NCBI RefSeq assembly: GCF_964204645.1
Contig: NC_134026.1
Location: 10,811,950-10,875,949 of the forward strand
Direction of reading: 5' to 3'
DNA length: 64,000 nt
DNA from: Tubulanus polymorphus
Taxonomy: Eukaryota; Animalia; Nemertea
Below, in pieces: positions 51,717-64,000 of this stretch; the stretch's first letter is position 1; the number at the start of each line of letters is the position of its first letter. The position numbers and the translations under genes were made by a program. Under the pieces are notes generated by a model. That model saw only the letters and a program-made list of their open reading frames with translations, made no database searches and had not been told where the DNA came from.

Positions 51717-52046
51717 TACAACCTCTCTACAGTGTACACTTGGGGTACCAAAAGAATTGTTCACTATAGAGAGGTCTTCACTCAATTGAGATAGCACATA
51801 TTTGTGTCATGTCAGCTACTAGCAGTTTCAGTCACTACTTTGCAATATGAAGCATTCTGAGTTAAATCAGCAGTTCTCTATGACCAGGTCTGAGTTAAAT
51901 TTGACGCTTAGGCTAAAACATCGAAAGTGAACTGATTTTAACTCATTAACTTTAATACACAACTGTGGAACTGGGCCAAGGAGAACTTGAAAACAACACT
52001 ACAAGTTCCTTGCTTTTGTGAAACATGTGAATCTCTCCTCTTTCAG

Positions 52047-52260
52047 AAAAGTCAGGGCTTGCCTCCAGAGGCCACTAGCCCTGTCCATACGGTAAAAGAT
52101 CTGTGTCTGAATGCGGCAAGTTACTATTTAAAGCATGATAAGCATGAATATGCATTGGATGCACTGAGACGAGGATTGGAAGATCGCCATGAGGAGATTG
52201 TTGCATTCTTGACACGTGAACGTCAATACCTAATTGCTGCAGATTATCTAGGACAACGAG
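52047..52260 (+). CDS. TRANK1: Exon 19 (KSQGLPPE...AADYLGQR)
   Basis: ctttcag| acceptor, G|gtgaga donor; phase 0-1. Confidence 0.85.
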
Positions 52261-52355
52261 GTGAGAACATAAATTTCATTACACTTAATTGGTTTAAACT
52301 GCATGTAGATTTAATAACTGAAGTATTTACTAGAAGAGTTACATGTCTCTTTCAG

Positions 52356-55312
52356 ATAAAGTACTTGATGCTGCCCAATTACTGCGCAAATTTGGAAAAT
52401 TAGAAGATGCACTGAAATTACTTGACCAGTTTCAGCCACAGAATGATAACGATAAATGTTTCATTGCTGAATGTTTCTTGACTCTAGGTCGAAAGGCATT
52501 GGCTAGGGAAAGGTTTGAATTCTCAATGTCCGAAAAAAGTGGCACGACAGACATTCAGTGCATATCAGAATCTGTTCCTATGAACATAGATCTGCCTACA
52601 ACAAATGTTGAACAGATAGGTAGTATTGATTCTTCAGATAACGTTAATTCATCATCACCAATGAAGAGCACGAACCAGCAGTACACTGAAAAGGTACTCA
52701 ATCTAATTGACAAAGCTGGCAGGTTGTATGCATCAGCCAAAATGAAAGAATTCAGTTCGTCTACAATAGCAAATGTTGCAGAATGTGAGATGTACAAAGG
52801 CTACTTTTCTGGCAGCTCTGATGCTATTGTCAAAGCTTGTGAAAAGTTTGTGAAGATTAACAATGCAATCGGGGCATTGGAATGCTTAGACCTGATGAGT
52901 AAACTCAATGGCAACGCATTCTTTAATTACCAAACTTGTAGACAACTCGTTATACCTTGCATTGAGAAGCTCAAAATTCTTGTACCATTGTTCTTTGGAA
53001 AAGCAACGAGTTATCTTGAAAAAGATATGATTCGTCAGTGTGAACTGTTTTATGGGCTTGATTCTACTGGAGAGGATCTAGCAATCAAACAAGAAGAAGG
53101 AGCAAGGATACTTCATTTACTCATCCACAAAAATCCTGAAAACAGGGAGTCTACTTCAGTGTGTTCAAGTGTTATACTTGCTGATATGATTGACAAACTT
53201 AGTCACATACTTGGTCCCTGTGTTGATGTTTTCCATGAGGTATTTTTGAGTAACGCTCCATGTCATTGGCAGAAAGTCGGTTTAGAATGTATGGCTGGTG
53301 CTGCTTGTAAACAAAGGCATGAAGTAAACCTCAGAGAACACCATCACAAGCAAATAACCAGTGCCGTCAATCTGATTATGATATCTGCATTTGTTGATGT
53401 CCTGTTTGATGGTATTCGTGGAGCCGAGAAAATTGCTTCATACCAGTGTAAAGAAAATGTTGAAAATGCCAGAATCCTCTTGACTGATTTATCTCAAAAA
53501 AGAATTGACAACCTCAGAAAATCGTGTAAACGCCTCATGCGTGCGATCTTCCCTGTTCATCGCCAAGAATTATACATGTGTGATTTCTATCCCCAGGCAA
53601 GAGACCTGATTAACTTTACGAAAACAGTTTCCGATGATCTATTGAAGCAAGTCGAGCATCGTTGGAACACAGCGAGTGAAAGCGAAAAGGTCTCATCGAT
53701 AGAATTGTACATGGAAATACAGAAAATGTTGCAGATTGCTGGGCGACCTCATCTCATTGATTTCTATTTGAAGAAGGCTGAAACCATGGAAAATTCTCCG
53801 ACTAACAAAGGATTCTTTCGAATCAAAACTGGCAATGAGTTCCATGAAGTTAGTTACTACCGTATGTACCTGATCAGTAAGCATACACTTCATGAAAAGA
53901 AATTTCCGTTCCGTTCTGTTGGTAATGTTAATGAGCTCTTAATGAAAATTGCAAACAGAGCTCATAGTATCATGATTCCTACATTCGGGGACACTATGTT
54001 GCTTCTTGAATACCAGCTTATTGTTTGTTTTGCTATGTTATTGAGAAGCAGTCAAGGGGCACATGTATTTATACCATCGAGTTACCTGGCACAGATCCAT
54101 CTAATGGATGCAATTTATGCATCACAACGGTCAAAGACTTTATATGATGTTGTTCAATATCAAGAAAGTGAATTCAACAAATGGAGACGTATTCAAGGCC
54201 TCGTGGATCAGATTGTCAAATTGTTTTGTGGTGCTTATAAAGAGGATTTCAATATTTTGGCAGAAGCATTTTCTGAAAGTGACTATATTCAGAGTGGTGA
54301 GGCTGAACGAGTGTTAGTTTTTGCTTTGGTGTTGCTTGTCAATTTGGATATCAATGGACCAGTTCATGTTTACCACGAGACGCCATTGAAAGAAATTCTC
54401 AATCAAATCCAGTGTAACCCAGATGTTTCTCCTAGAAGATTGATAATCTCGGTGAATGCTGTGCAAAAAGCAAAAGGATGGCATGATATTTGTCGGGCAT
54501 TGCGCTGGTTGTTAGATGCACGTGGCAAAGAGCATTTGTATAAATGTTCCTGGATTTGGGAACCATTTCGTAATGGTAGGAAAGGTCTTCAATATCAGAG
54601 GTTTGATGATAAAATTCATACCACTCCAAATGTCTTTAGCAGTTGTGTGGGGAGAAAGGCTGAAGATGAGGCATCAGTTTATGAACAAGATAATACTGGG
54701 AAACTGACAAGTGATGAATTTAAATCAATTATCAAATCAAATCAAGTTTATAAAGATAGTCAATGTGAAGAGCCGATTGAAGATGAAGATTATCAGACTG
54801 CTCCAAAATCCATGATAGAATCACTTTTTCCGTCAGATCCAATAGATGATTCCATGTGTAATATATGTAATATACACTTCACACATCACTCACACCAAAT
54901 GAGAACTCATATTCAAGATATTGATTATGCGGAAGAAAATGATCCAGAGCCGAATCAATCAGATGTCACCAGTTTACGGATTGCCCACGAGAAAAGTGAT
55001 GAGCACCGTAGAGGCGTAAACATATACCAAGAATGCAAGAATAACATTCGAGTATCTTTCGAACCACTATTTGAATCAATTGCCTTGATCATGGCTAAAG
55101 GAAAGCAGGTGTATGATGATACTACTTACGCTCAGCAGTGGGTTCAATCTTTGGAGTCATTGCAAAAGGTGCATGAACAAGTGAATGCAGAAATTTCCAA
55201 GATAGTGAAAACAAAGGAGTGGATGCAGTACAAGAACTTGCAACACTTACACAGTGATTTATCGCATTGTTTGAAATTCGCACAGAAGATAGATAAAGAG
55301 GCACACTGTCAG
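52356..55312 (+). CDS. TRANK1: Exon 20 (2,957 nt), large C-terminal region with CCCH and C2H2-like zinc fingers; may read through to TGA at 55328-55330
   Basis: ctttcag| acceptor; lies within the 995-aa ORF; SGEAERVLVFALVLLVN motif; CAG|gtatgt donor at 55313. Confidence 0.9.
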
Positions 55313-55555
55313 GTATGTAAAGTATTTTGAAAACAAATGTTGAGTACAGTGTTACAAGGGTCTTTTCTTAAGGGAATATTTTCACAGACCATTTGACATT
55401 CAGAATCACCATTTAGTTTCATCTTTATTGAAGGTAAAAATACAGTAGATTCCGCCTAAACCGGTATAGTTGGGACCTTCAGGATACAATACGTGGGGCA
55501 CATATTATTACTATAAGCTACCTGAACTTGGGAACTATACTACTAATCATTTTTG

Positions 55556-55806
55556 GACCACTTGGGACTTCAGTCCCAGCAGGCTATTGCGTTGACTTTT
55601 TGTCCTCCGTCCGTCCGTAGATGGAATCCAGTTATTTTGAGAAGTTTTGAAGACGCTTCAATGTAATGTCTTGATATTTGGTTTGTACATGTATCTACCC
55701 TAGACACCTCTTCAGCCCGAAAACTGGCCCTGTCAGATTTAAGATGACTGGCAGCTGACTGGCAGCCATTGTTGTTCGCCAAAATCGGCACATTTTACAC
55801 ATTTTT
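55556..55806 (+). mobile_element. HINE 5' part
   Basis: ccacttgggacttcagtcccagc...(GTCC)n...cacattttt. Confidence 0.8.
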
Positions 55807-56497
55807 GGCTCGTCAGCCTATGACAGCCTATGTCAACGGTCTGGCCGATCGATAATCATTCGTATGCTTAATACGCTACGCTCGAAGCTATTTTTAGCAC
55901 ACTCAAATGCAATTTCAGTAGCCTGAGTCTCTCGAATTGAACCCTTGGTAACGGTTTTGTGAAAATGTCTGCTGCCATTTCCTGAGTTGGACAATATTCA
56001 AGAGCGATTATCCTGTTCTCCACTGCTTCCCGAGTGAAATGGTACTTCACATTAATGTGCTTAGTTCTTTCGTGCGCAACAGGGTTTCGTGCGAGACATA
56101 TTGCTCCTTGATTGTCTTCCAGCATCCTTGTTGGTAAGTCCTGTGGAACTCCTAGATCGGACAGTAAACTTCTCAGATGAACTGTCTCCTGAGTTCCAGA
56201 ACACAAAGCAATGTACTCAGCTTCTGATGTTGATAATGCTACTGTACATTGCTTCTTGGATAGCCAGCTAATGGCTCCATCTCCTAATAGAACATTTCCA
56301 GTAATTGAAAACTGGCCCTGTCAGATTTAAGATGGCTGACTGGCAGTCATTGTTGTTCGCCAAAATCGGCGCATTTTACACATTTTTTCGCTCGTCAGCC
56401 TATGTCAACGGTCTGGCCGATCAATAATCATTCGTATGCTTAATACGCTACGCTCGAAGCTATTTTTAGCACACTCAAACGCAATTTCAGTAGCCTG
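55719..56497. repeat. ~190-200-bp direct repeats flanking the copia fragment (55719-55925 and 56307-56497)
   Basis: gaaaactggccctgtcag...caatttcagtagcctg occurs twice. Confidence 0.9.
55926..56306 (-). pseudogene. Ty1/copia RNase H fragment
   Basis: GAISWLSKKQCTVALSTSEAEYIAL...EDNQGAICLARNPVAHERTKHINVKYHF...ADIFTKPL in one open frame. Confidence 0.92.
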
Positions 56498-56754
56498 TAA
56501 TTTCACTACTAATGGGCGAATTGAACGGATTAAACAAAAATATATTTCGTAATTGGTTTTTCTTTATGGTGAAAGCTGTGGGTTTCATATTTTTGAGAAA
56601 TTTACCAAAAAGTTTCAAAAATTTGATTTATTTGAGAACATTTTTTATGCAGCAACTTTAGCTGTCCAAAATAACACATGTGAAAATTCAATGCTATTGG
56701 CGTCGGAAGAACTTTATGTTGTCAATTCAACTATCAGAGTAGCATCCAACGCAG

Positions 56755-57068
56755 TGGTTAATTGAAGCTAGTTTATTAATGACGTAAGTCAATCACAGGA
56801 GCACATAAAGAATAATAAAACACAACACTCTGAACAGGACCTTATATACACTGGCTAGAGAATCTTCTAGAAACTCTGGAACAATCTAAGAACTTTAGTA
56901 ACATCTAGAGACAATACACAATAGTTGTTTACCCGTTAATTACTGAGTCATCATTCTAGAATTGTCTAAATACATAAACATGTTTACCCCTGCATCTAAA
57001 TAAATATGTCAGTATGTCAATCAAACAATAACATGTTGGATCATAATAGAAACACACATATTTCCACA
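56755..57068 (-). mobile_element. Possible solo LTR
   Basis: On the minus strand: TGTGG start, HSE-like array, TATATAA (~56842-56848), AATAAA (56772-56777) and a CA end. No TSD found. Confidence 0.4.
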
Positions 57069-59049
57069 CTTTATACAGTCAACCTCGGTTAATCCGTTAT
57101 TCCCTTAAAAATTCTGTGTCTAATTCGTACTCCATAATCCGTATTTTCACTTATTCCGTAGACAAATGCATGGTCCCGTTGCCCAATCTATATGTAAATC
57201 CTTACCTGTAATCCGTATCAGCTGTATCAGCTGTTGGGAATGTACACTTGAAGTGAAAAAAGTATAAACATTTGTAATCTAATGAGGTTAATGTGGTCAG
57301 TATAGGGAAATATATAGTAAATTAGGAAATATGAGAAACTCCAGAAAACACTGAAGTTAATCCATCAAGGTCATAGTCTCAAGCTTCAATAAATATTCAG
57401 TACTGATGCTATTATCTGTCAATCAACCAAAGTCCTTTGATGAATCGCCCCAAGTACATGGCCTGTGGGATGGGTTATCTGTACTAGACATACGATGGCT
57501 TCAAATAGTCCTACTCTACTGAAACCAATTGGTTTGTGTTTCATCACACCAGGGGTGTTTTCTTTTCATGTATAAATGATATCAAATGGATCCAATGAAC
57601 TATCGGATGCTATGAACTTTTTATTCCCTCCAATGGATTGTTAGAATGTGGTTCTACTGCTGTAAAGTTTTAGTAGTCGTCTACAGTTTTAGAGATAACT
57701 AAACCAGCGATTAAATGGAATGTGCACTTAAATCATAGTTTATACATGTAATAGTTAATTCGTATCAATCACCTAATCCGTACTAAAAAGCTCAGTCCCT
57801 TGCTGTTGACTGTATCGCCAAGATCCGACGCTTGGTTTGGTAGTTATGGGCTTTCAAAGACGAAACCCCTGAAAATCTTGGTTGTTGACCCAGTTTTGAC
57901 TTCACAATCATGTCATCATAAATTGAACGAGGTGGATCAGCTGGTGCGCGTTTTTTCACAAACAAAATGGCAGCACGATTGAATATGTTGATATTCATCA
58001 TTTCTAGCGCGAATACTGATATTCAAGGCATATGATATAACGATTTATTGTGTGCGATGTGTTCAATGATTCATCTAGTTTTGATATCCCGTGCACAAGG
58101 TAACGTTGCATTAAGATATCTGACGAAGATGTGGTTTCAAAATGCAGAAATTTACCTCTGTGTTCGCCACATGGCTGAATTACTGATAGCATCGATTTTT
58201 TAGAGACGAGTCTGATATTTACACGACTGGAATACTTGTTTTATCATCATTAATTGAAGTAATTTTATTAACGTTTGCATTAGCGATCCGTTTTGGAGCC
58301 TGATTATTTGTATTAGTTAGTTAACTGCGGCACAGTGGAGCGTTCGCGTTTAAAACAGTCGTGTACAGTCGCGTAGGCAATACAGCCTTATACTCTCGTG
58401 TTCACTGCATGTATGTATCAGTTATAGAGTATGCGCGCCACGGTGTAGGTCACACGTAACAATGATTTGTCTGAGTGAAGATGAAAGCTACTTAAAGTGC
58501 TCAATCCTATCGTGAAATTATAAAAAATCATGTCAGTCAATAAACTTTGTTTTGTCAGTAACCGGCACTGGCCCCAAATTTGAAGAACTTGGGAGGCTTC
58601 TGTCCAGATGGGTCCGTATGATAAAAATGAAAAACCTCCGATGAAACCCAGTCTCTCACCAAGTTTGTACTGTATCTTATCGGGCCACTCAGAGATTTAG
58701 TTGTTTTACATCATTCAAGGGATGTATTACAATTATGATCATTTGTTCAGACAAAAGGCCCATAATCAATTTTTCAAAGATTTCATTCTCGTTAAAAGTC
58801 AGTTATCATTAAAAGGTCACACTGACCAAAATTGAGTCCTTTTTTACCTTCATGACGTAGTAAGATGATAGCGAGTCGATGAGGTCATTTTCGTATCGCC
58901 ACTTATAACTTGTTGGTGGGAGTTCAGTGGAAGATTTGTCAAACGAATAAATACTTTAATCTTATAAATGCAGAGTGTGAAATTTCGTTTTTTTAAATAT
59001 TTCCCTAGATTATTAGAAAATGCAGATAGTAAGACCGTGGGAAAGTTTT

Positions 59050-59547
59050 TAGCCCACTTGGGACTTTAGTCCCAGCGGGCTATTGCGTTCACTTTTCGTC
59101 CGTTGTCCGTCCGTCCGTCCGTAGACGGAATCCAGTTATTTTGGGAAGTTTTGAAGTCGCTTCAAGGTAATGTCTTGATATTTGGTTTATACATGTATCT
59201 ACCCTAGGCACATCTTCAGTCGAAAAACTGGCCCTGTCAGATTCAAGGTGGCCGACTGGCAGCCATTGTTGTTCGCCGAAATCAGCACTTTTTACACATT
59301 TTTGAAGTTTTCGAGGGAAATTTTGAAGACGCTTTGATCAATTAGCTCGGTTGTTCATATATATTTGTATCGCCCAAGGGCCCATCAGCATGAGAGAATT
59401 GGGTCGATCAGACTCAAGATGGCTGTCCTGTGAACTTTTTTGTGCCCAAAAATGTCAATTTTGGCCAGAATTCTAGGTCCTGTAGCTTCTTACTGGTTTA
59501 CCATTTCTCATTGCAATTTGTGGTGGGTATTCTTCGGAAAGGGATGT
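59050..59547 (+). mobile_element. HINE 5' part interrupted by DIRS copy 2
   Basis: Matches the family consensus up to ggaaagggatgt. Confidence 0.85.
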
Positions 59548-62500
59548 ATTTCCGTCGAGTACTGTACCCTTTCCTATGGTTTTTGCCAATATTTTCTAAA
59601 TTTGGATTGATCGCCAATGGTTTTTCTATACGACCCGGCCCTGCGATATTGCATTTAGCCACTGGCGAAATCCGGCATCTTTTTTCTTGGCGTTCTAGCA
59701 GTAGAATGCGTTGGATTTTTTCGCCGTAAAAATCTGGGAATTAGGATATTAGGGAGTTTTCACTCTCATAACGGTGAGTCCGTTCGGTTTGGGGGTTATC
59801 CCTGGTTTCTATTTTTCCGTAAGAATTTTATTTACAAATATGATTTGATTGAATTGAATTGAATTTATTATTGTGGCAGAATAATTATGCCGCCCCCTCC
59901 TAAGGGTCAACATCGTGGCGGGGAGGGATGCGGGCATTTGTTTGGCGCCTGGGACAATTACGATTCGTGTGCGTCGTGCAGGCGCAAATCCGGTCAAATA
60001 TGTGCAAGGAGCAATCCTTGCAAGATTTGCGAGGTGTGGTCCGAGGACCTTTGGCTTCGGGCCGATAAGGCTCTTAAACTAAGAGATCGTCGTCCAGTTA
60101 ATAGCAGGGATTCGTCGGTTTCGGCCGACGTGCCAACCGACGTCTCTATTTCTATTTCTAATCGTATAGCGGAGCGGTCGTCGGTCGATCTGGTATGATG
60201 GGCTTCCCGACTCTGTTCACCGGGGAGGAACGCTGGTTCACCGGCACCGGTCTCTGGTCGTTCACCGGTTCAGCCGGGTCGGCCGGTTCAGACTACATGT
60301 TCTGAACCGAGCGCGCGCCGCAGTAGTCGGGAATGGCCCGTACCGGTTCGGTCGGTATCGGTCCGGGTCGGGCATCGGTCCGGTTCGGGCACCGGTCCAG
60401 TCCAGACGTCATCCGGTTCAAAACATCCGGTTCGTTCATCGTCTGATTCTGATCGTTGCTCCGGGGATAGAGCTCGCTCTCCCACTAGATCTAGACGCTG
60501 TGAGCGTTATAAACGCACAAGATCTCCTTCTCGCAGATCAAGGTTTGATCGCGAGAGCGATTACAATCGTTATTGTAGGAAGTTTCGCCGTCGGTCTTCT
60601 CATCGTTCGTCGACGTCGGTTAGCGATGAAGGCGATTCTTCTAGTAGGTCTTGATCCCGTTCGAGGGACCGTCACCGAAGTCGGCATGATCGTCGGGATA
60701 CTGGAAAATTCCTGACTCAGAAGGATTTCCATGTATTTGAAGAGAAAATTTTAAACTTGTTATCATCGTCGCGACAAGTCGCTGCAACCTCTACAACAGG
60801 TAAGCCTATTCCTGATTGTCCAGTTAGAAGTTCGCCAGCCCACTCAGTTCTTCGAAATTCTGACTCTGAATTCCTGGATGCTGCGGTAGGGTCTGATTTC
60901 AATGAGGATCCGGTCCCAGAAGCGTAAATTCCTTCTGGGGTCGTTCCTGTCGCGAGCAATTGTGGGTTGCCACAGACGATGGGGACTTCCCTGGCTCGCA
61001 ATGTATCTCCGTCCCATTCAGTTTTGTCCGAACCAGCGGGGACATGTTATTTAGAGCGATGATAAGAGTTCTTTGTCAAGCACGGGGCAACTCGCGCTAA
61101 GCCCACAGCAGCTCCTCTGGTCGGTGAGTCAATGGAAGCTTATCGCCCTCCGTACTCCGATCTTGACGTTTACGGGAATCGTCAGCGGTTTCGAGAGAAT
61201 GGGCTCGATTGGATACGCAATTATGGGGTGAATGTCGGCCTGGAACATTTTCATTTCCCCCTCCAGAACGGGGTATGAAATCTGGAAAATATTTTAGTTC
61301 AACCGATCCACCTATAGGCGCATTTCGCTCGGCGTATTACGCAACTCCAGGTGCTGTGGATCACAGTCATAACTGCCTGGATGCTGATTATACTTTGATC
61401 AGCCCGGATACCGTTACAGCACAGTCGGGTATTCGTTTGCCTAAGTCCGGTTTGGTGGCCATGACATCAATCCTGGAAATCTTACCAGGGTTGGTTCGTT
61501 TCAGGATATGGCGCTTAAGGTGTTGACGGGTGAGCTTCGCGAGACTCACGCCGCCGTTCATGCGGGCTCCGACCCAGAGTCGGTTGCCCTAAAACTGGAG
61601 GGAATGGACCGGATTATCCAATCTTTGGCTCGGTCTGTTTCGCATGTAATTCTGTTGTCGGTTCGGGGTCAGGCTAATCTTGTGTTAGCCTCCCGTCAGT
61701 CAGTGATGGACTCCAGTTCCAAAACTCGTCTACCAGATATGGTGTCCAATGCTGTAAAGTCGTAACAGTTCTGGTTCGTATCGAGGCAAGGGGAAGGCTC
61801 CAAAAAGGGGCTCTTCCTTTCGGAAAAACTCGAAATGAATTCCTGGTGCGACCTTTTCGGAGACGGCTGGCCCTCCCGGGTCGTCTCTCGTGGCTACCGT
61901 CTCCGTTTCCTAAGGCGACCGCGCCTGACGAGGTCACCTCCCGACATGCGGCCAAAACCAGGTCAGGAGGCCTTAATCTCTCCGGCTCTCAAGGAATTGG
62001 CCGAGAAGGGAGCGATAGAACCAGTTTGCAACGAAACTTCTCCCGGCTGGTTTTCTCGAATATTCATGGTACCAAAGGCCAATCGGCACCTAGACATTCC
62101 AAGGTTCCGGATGACCAAACCCAAAGACGTGATTCAAGGGCTCCGTCCGGGTCAATGGGCGATGCTTACTTTCAGGTTCCAATTCACCCAAAATCTCGGC
62201 GATTTCTCAGGATAAAGTGGAAAGGCCGCCAGTTCCAATTCAGGTCTCTTTCAGTTGGCCTCAGTACGGCCCCGTGGGTTTTCACCAAGTTGGTCAAGTC
62301 AGTTTAGAAGGTACTTCAGTCAAGGGGTGTTCGACTGTTCGTTTACCTCGACGACTGGTTAATAGTCGCGAACTCGGCTCAGGAATGTCGGGAGGCAATG
62401 ACCTCAGTCTTGCACTTAGTCCATCAGCTAGGGTTCCTCGTAAACAGGGAAAAATCTCAGTTCACTTATCTTGGCATGGACTTCGATCTCCGAATCGGCA

Positions 62501-64000
62501 TGTCTTTCCGTCTATGGCTCGAGTAGCCAAACTTCAAGAAGCTGTAGCGGGAGTGTCCACAACCCCGAGAACAGCTCGTTACTGGTCACGGCTTCTAGGC
62601 TCCATCAGCTCCATGGGTCTGGTCGTGCCCTTTGGCCGCCTCAGAAGCAGGCGCTTGCAACAATATTGGAAGGTCTTCTGGTCTCGGTCGAAGGGCAACT
62701 GGGAGACCTTGATTCCCGTACCTCCAACCGATCTAAGTCCGGATCTTCAGTGGTGGGCGGCAACTACGAATCTTCGGCGCGGGGTGTCACTAGCCCCGTT
62801 AGAGGCTCCAGTTCGTGTATTCACGGATGCCAGTCACCAAGGATGGTGGGCACATCTGGAGAACCGAGTCAAAGCTGGGAGATGGTCTCGCTACGAGGCC
62901 ACCAACCACATAAATTTCCTAGAAATGCTGGCCGTGTGGAAGGCCCTGAAGTTCTTTCACAGGAGAGTGGAGGGCCACTATGTTTGGTTAGCCACAGACA
63001 ATTCAACAGTGAGGGCTTACCTTCAGAACCAAGGGGGCACTCACTCAGAAACCCTCACGGGTCTGTCGGCCAAAATTCTTCTTTGGTGCCAGACAGGGCG
63101 TGTCCCTGACTGTGGCACATTTAGCAGGGAAAAGGAACGTGATGGCCGATGCTCTGTCTCGTCGAGGTCAGGCTATTGCGACGGAATGGGTTCTCAACCA
63201 AGAAGTAGCCGATCGGGATGTTTGGCAATCCGCTGCTGGATCTGTTTGCCACCCGGTTCAATCGGAGGTGTCCTCTGTTTGTGTCCCCGTTTCCAGACAC
63301 GGAAGTGTGGGGGGTCGATGCCTTCTCTCTGGACTGGTCGGGGATGCATGCATATGCGTTCCAGCCCACACCAGTCCTGCCGCGCTTACTGGATCAAATA
63401 GAGAGGTCAGTCAATTGCAACATAGTTCTGGTAGCACCATGTTGGCCGGCTCAGAAATGGTTCCTACCACTTCTCAATCTACTGTGCGACAACCCCAGGA
63501 TTCTTTCGAATTTCCCATCGCTTCTGTCTCAGGGGAACTTTCGGCATCATCCAAACAGCCAGTGGTTAAATCTGCTCGCCTGGCCATTGGCCAGCGATCC
63601 TTGTCAGCTTCAGGCTTTTCAGAACAGGCTGCCTCCTTTATCGCAGGATCTAAGCGGCCATCAACAAGTACCATTTACGATGCCAAATGGAGTCATTTTG
63701 CGGATTGGTGTTGCTGCAGGGGAAATTGATCCATGCTCACCCTCTGTAGCTCAATTGGCAGATTTTTTACTGCACCTATTTGTAGTAAAAGGTTTGCAGG
63801 TCATAACTATTAAAGGTTACCGCTCCCCGATTTCTCATACATTGCGTGCTTCTGGATGGCCAAATGTAGCAGTAGATCATCGGATATCCCAGCTTGTTGC
63901 AGGGTTTTCTATTTCCCGGCCTCGGGTACCAAGGATAGTTCCACCATGGGATCTGTCTGTAATTTTGAAGAAGTTAATGGAAGCTCCATTTGAACCACTT
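59548..64000 (+). mobile_element. DIRS1-type YR retrotransposon, same family as 16162-19533; gag-RT-RNaseH-MT-YR, frameshifted and truncated by the window end
   Basis: Same left end atttccgtcgagtac; Cys-rich gag start at 59887. DAYFQVPIHP, GLSTAPWVFTK and YLDDW (~62343); VFTDAS, HINFLEM, ATDNST and NVMADALSR; MT motifs DLFAT/DAF/YAFQP (63236-63500); YR N-terminus from ~63600. Confidence 0.93.

Larger units (their letters stand above)
6750..55312 (+). other. TRANK1: Multi-exon gene span: TPR and ankyrin repeat-containing protein 1-like (TRANK1/LBA1-like SF1 helicase); 20 coding exons, 3,370 codons to the last donor found
   Basis: All 20 exons join by GT-AG with matching phases; summed length 10,110 nt is a multiple of 3. 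Architecture TPR-ANK-UvrD-like helicase-TPR-C-terminal region, with TRANK1-like motifs WEVECT, GRSGTGKTTC, NSELKYLYTALTRARVNVWIFDE and FAKQSTVGEWKKRGD. Confidence 0.9.

Noticed and set aside
43118-55330. 978-aa and 995-aa ORFs as separate prokaryote-like genes
   Set aside because: Both are bounded by splice sites and join in phase with flanking exons of one TRANK1-like gene.

Overview
AT-rich eukaryotic (metazoan) genomic DNA. The repeat types suggest a marine invertebrate, probably lophotrochozoan, but that is inference. One spliced gene dominates the + strand: a TRANK1/LBA1-like TPR-ankyrin-SF1(UvrD-like) helicase gene. I traced 20 phase-consistent GT-AG coding exons from ATG 6750 to 55312 (10,110 nt, 3,370 codons); the 3' end is unresolved. 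The N-terminus is built from repeated TPR/helical/ankyrin exon modules. The protein also has a RelE/ParE-like segment before the helicase and CCCH and C2H2-like zinc fingers after it. The introns and flanks are packed with mobile DNA: (1) a minus-strand tyrosine-recombinase retrotransposon with both termini intact, split direct repeats, an att-like palindrome and an apparent spliceosomal intron (30279-38342); (2) two copies of a DIRS1-type element, one deleted but with ITRs and ICR (16162-19533) and one running off the window (59548-end); (3) about ten full or partial copies of a Helentron-associated HINE with a 154-bp internal array, which is a nesting hotspot; (4) three CAGGG-TIR MITEs with 5-bp TSDs; (5) Harbinger and pogo MITEs, CR1/L2 fragments and a copia RNase H fragment. 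All calls come from manual reading; no database searches were run.
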